This document shows positions 62,782 through 64,000 of a DNA stretch of 64,000 nt, piece after piece (positions within the stretch are counted from its first letter, which is position 1; each line of letters begins with the position of its first letter). Both the position numbers and the translations under genes were made by a program. A model generated the notes under the pieces. That model ran no database searches. It was not told the origin of the DNA and saw nothing but the letters and a program-made list of their open reading frames with translations. The stretch is from Iphione sp. A-MEVVRFRX5. Its lineage: Eukaryota. The stretch is taken from contig OZ320315.1 of assembly GCA_976226885.1 (NCBI GenBank), positions 97,526,001-97,590,000 of the forward strand. The letters run 5' to 3'.

Positions 62782-64000
62782 CTGGATTCTACATCTTGCA
62801 CCTGTAGGCCAGCCTTCTCCTTGACCTCTTCAATGAGATGTTGTTCCCACCCCAAGTCATGGGGATCATGAGACAGGCAGTTGGTCCTTTCCTCATAGTC
62901 CTCCCTGGTCAAAGCTGTCCCTGGGAGGTGAAGTCCTTCATGTCTCCATCTCCTCATCATCTTCCTCCTCTGGCTGTGACTGGCTGAGATCAGCATCACC
63001 TGGATCAGATCGGGGGATACTCCTGCCTTCTTGAAGCACTTTAAGACTTTGCTGGCTGGTGCAACCTTCACAGCTGCCTTCATGCAGGTGATGGCCATGT
63101 GGACATCCACACTCTTGATGATCTGCTGGGGGCCTTCTCCACTATCCAACTTGGCCAGCACATGCCTGAGGACAGCCTTGTGATAGTGACTCTTCACACA
63201 TTTGATGATCCCCTGGTCAAGGGGCTCCAGCAGGAAAGGGGTGTTGGCAGGGAGGAATACCAACTTTACATTGGACACCCTCAGGTGATGGGGGTGTAAA
63301 GGGGCATTGTCCAGGATCAATGCCACCTTCCTGCCGTGGGCCTACATCTTCTTGTTGAAGGCCTGGAGCCACTTCTCAAAGATTGAAGAGACCATCCAGC
63401 CTTCTTGTTGGACCTCCATATCACTAGTAAACCTTTCAGGTCCAAATTCCTGAAGGCCTGGGTCTTGCAGCTTTCCCAATGACCAGGAGCTTTTCAAACT
63501 GTCCAGCCATGGATTCACAGGGAGCAAAAGTCAGCCTTTCCTTACTCCTCTTACCCCCAGCTGTGTCACTGCCCTTGACAGCAAGGGTCTTTTCTGGGAG
63601 GACCCAGAAGAAGATACCAGTCTCATCCATGTTGAAGATGTCTTCTTTCTTGTATCCCTCAAAGAGGGTGGGCAGCCTCTCCTGCCACTGCCACACTGCC
63701 CCCTCAGGGACACGGGCCCTCTCTCAAGACACCTTCACCCCTGAGATGCAGTGCCTCTTCATAAATCTTGAGAGCCATTCCTCTCCTTTCCCCAGTTCTT
63801 TGCTGAAATGCATGACTTTCTCCCTGATCAATAATCCAGAGACAGGGACCTGCAAATCCCTGGCCTCCTGAAACCAGGCAAAGACTGTCTCATCCATGGT
63901 GGTGAGGTCAGGGGATAGATGTCTTCTTTTAGTCCTCCATGATGGATGCCTTCCTCTTCAAGATGTTTTGGACTTGTGTCTTGCCTATGTTGAATTCGCT
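62318..64000 (-). mobile_element. pogo/Tigger DNA transposon (3' TIR plus decayed transposase), continues beyond the window
   Basis: TA at 62316-62317 then TIR-like CAGGAGACTCCGCCTAAAGTGACCACCTAAGGGAC; SEFNIGKTQVQNILKRK (HTH), DIFNMDETGIFF..PEKTL..KRSKERLT, ALILDNAPLH..FLPANT..EPLDQGIIKCVKSHY; (GAT)n poly-Asp tract near 62745-62780. Confidence 0.93.

Overview
Eukaryotic (most likely invertebrate animal) repeat-dense DNA with no intact host gene, no RNA gene and no CRISPR array that I can support. About 40 kb is a graveyard of decayed transposons from many superfamilies: CR1/L2-like LINEs, I/Jockey-like LINEs, Ngaro- and DIRS-type tyrosine-recombinase retroelements, Mutator (PHD/FLYWCH-MULE), pogo/Tigger and a Crypton-like fragment. 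The other ~24 kb (13.4-37.1 kb) is one tandem array with a homogenised core of 29 monomers of ~412/485/497 bp forming a hexameric ~2.71 kb higher-order repeat. Main observations: (1) all 21 TE fragments whose coding strand I could assign are on the minus strand, as in a flamenco-like uni-strand piRNA cluster; (2) a full-length LINE with a TSD carries a NADAR domain fused to ORF1 plus a separate SGNH-hydrolase ORF, and a second LINE family has an apparently catalytically dead version of that ORF; (3) every long satellite monomer contains a 43-bp inverted duplication (hairpin); (4) the satellite appears to derive from an unknown protein-coding exon with a diverged homolog at 44 kb; (5) intron-containing and intronless MULE transposases co-occur. 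Domain calls come from manual translation and motif recall, not database searches.
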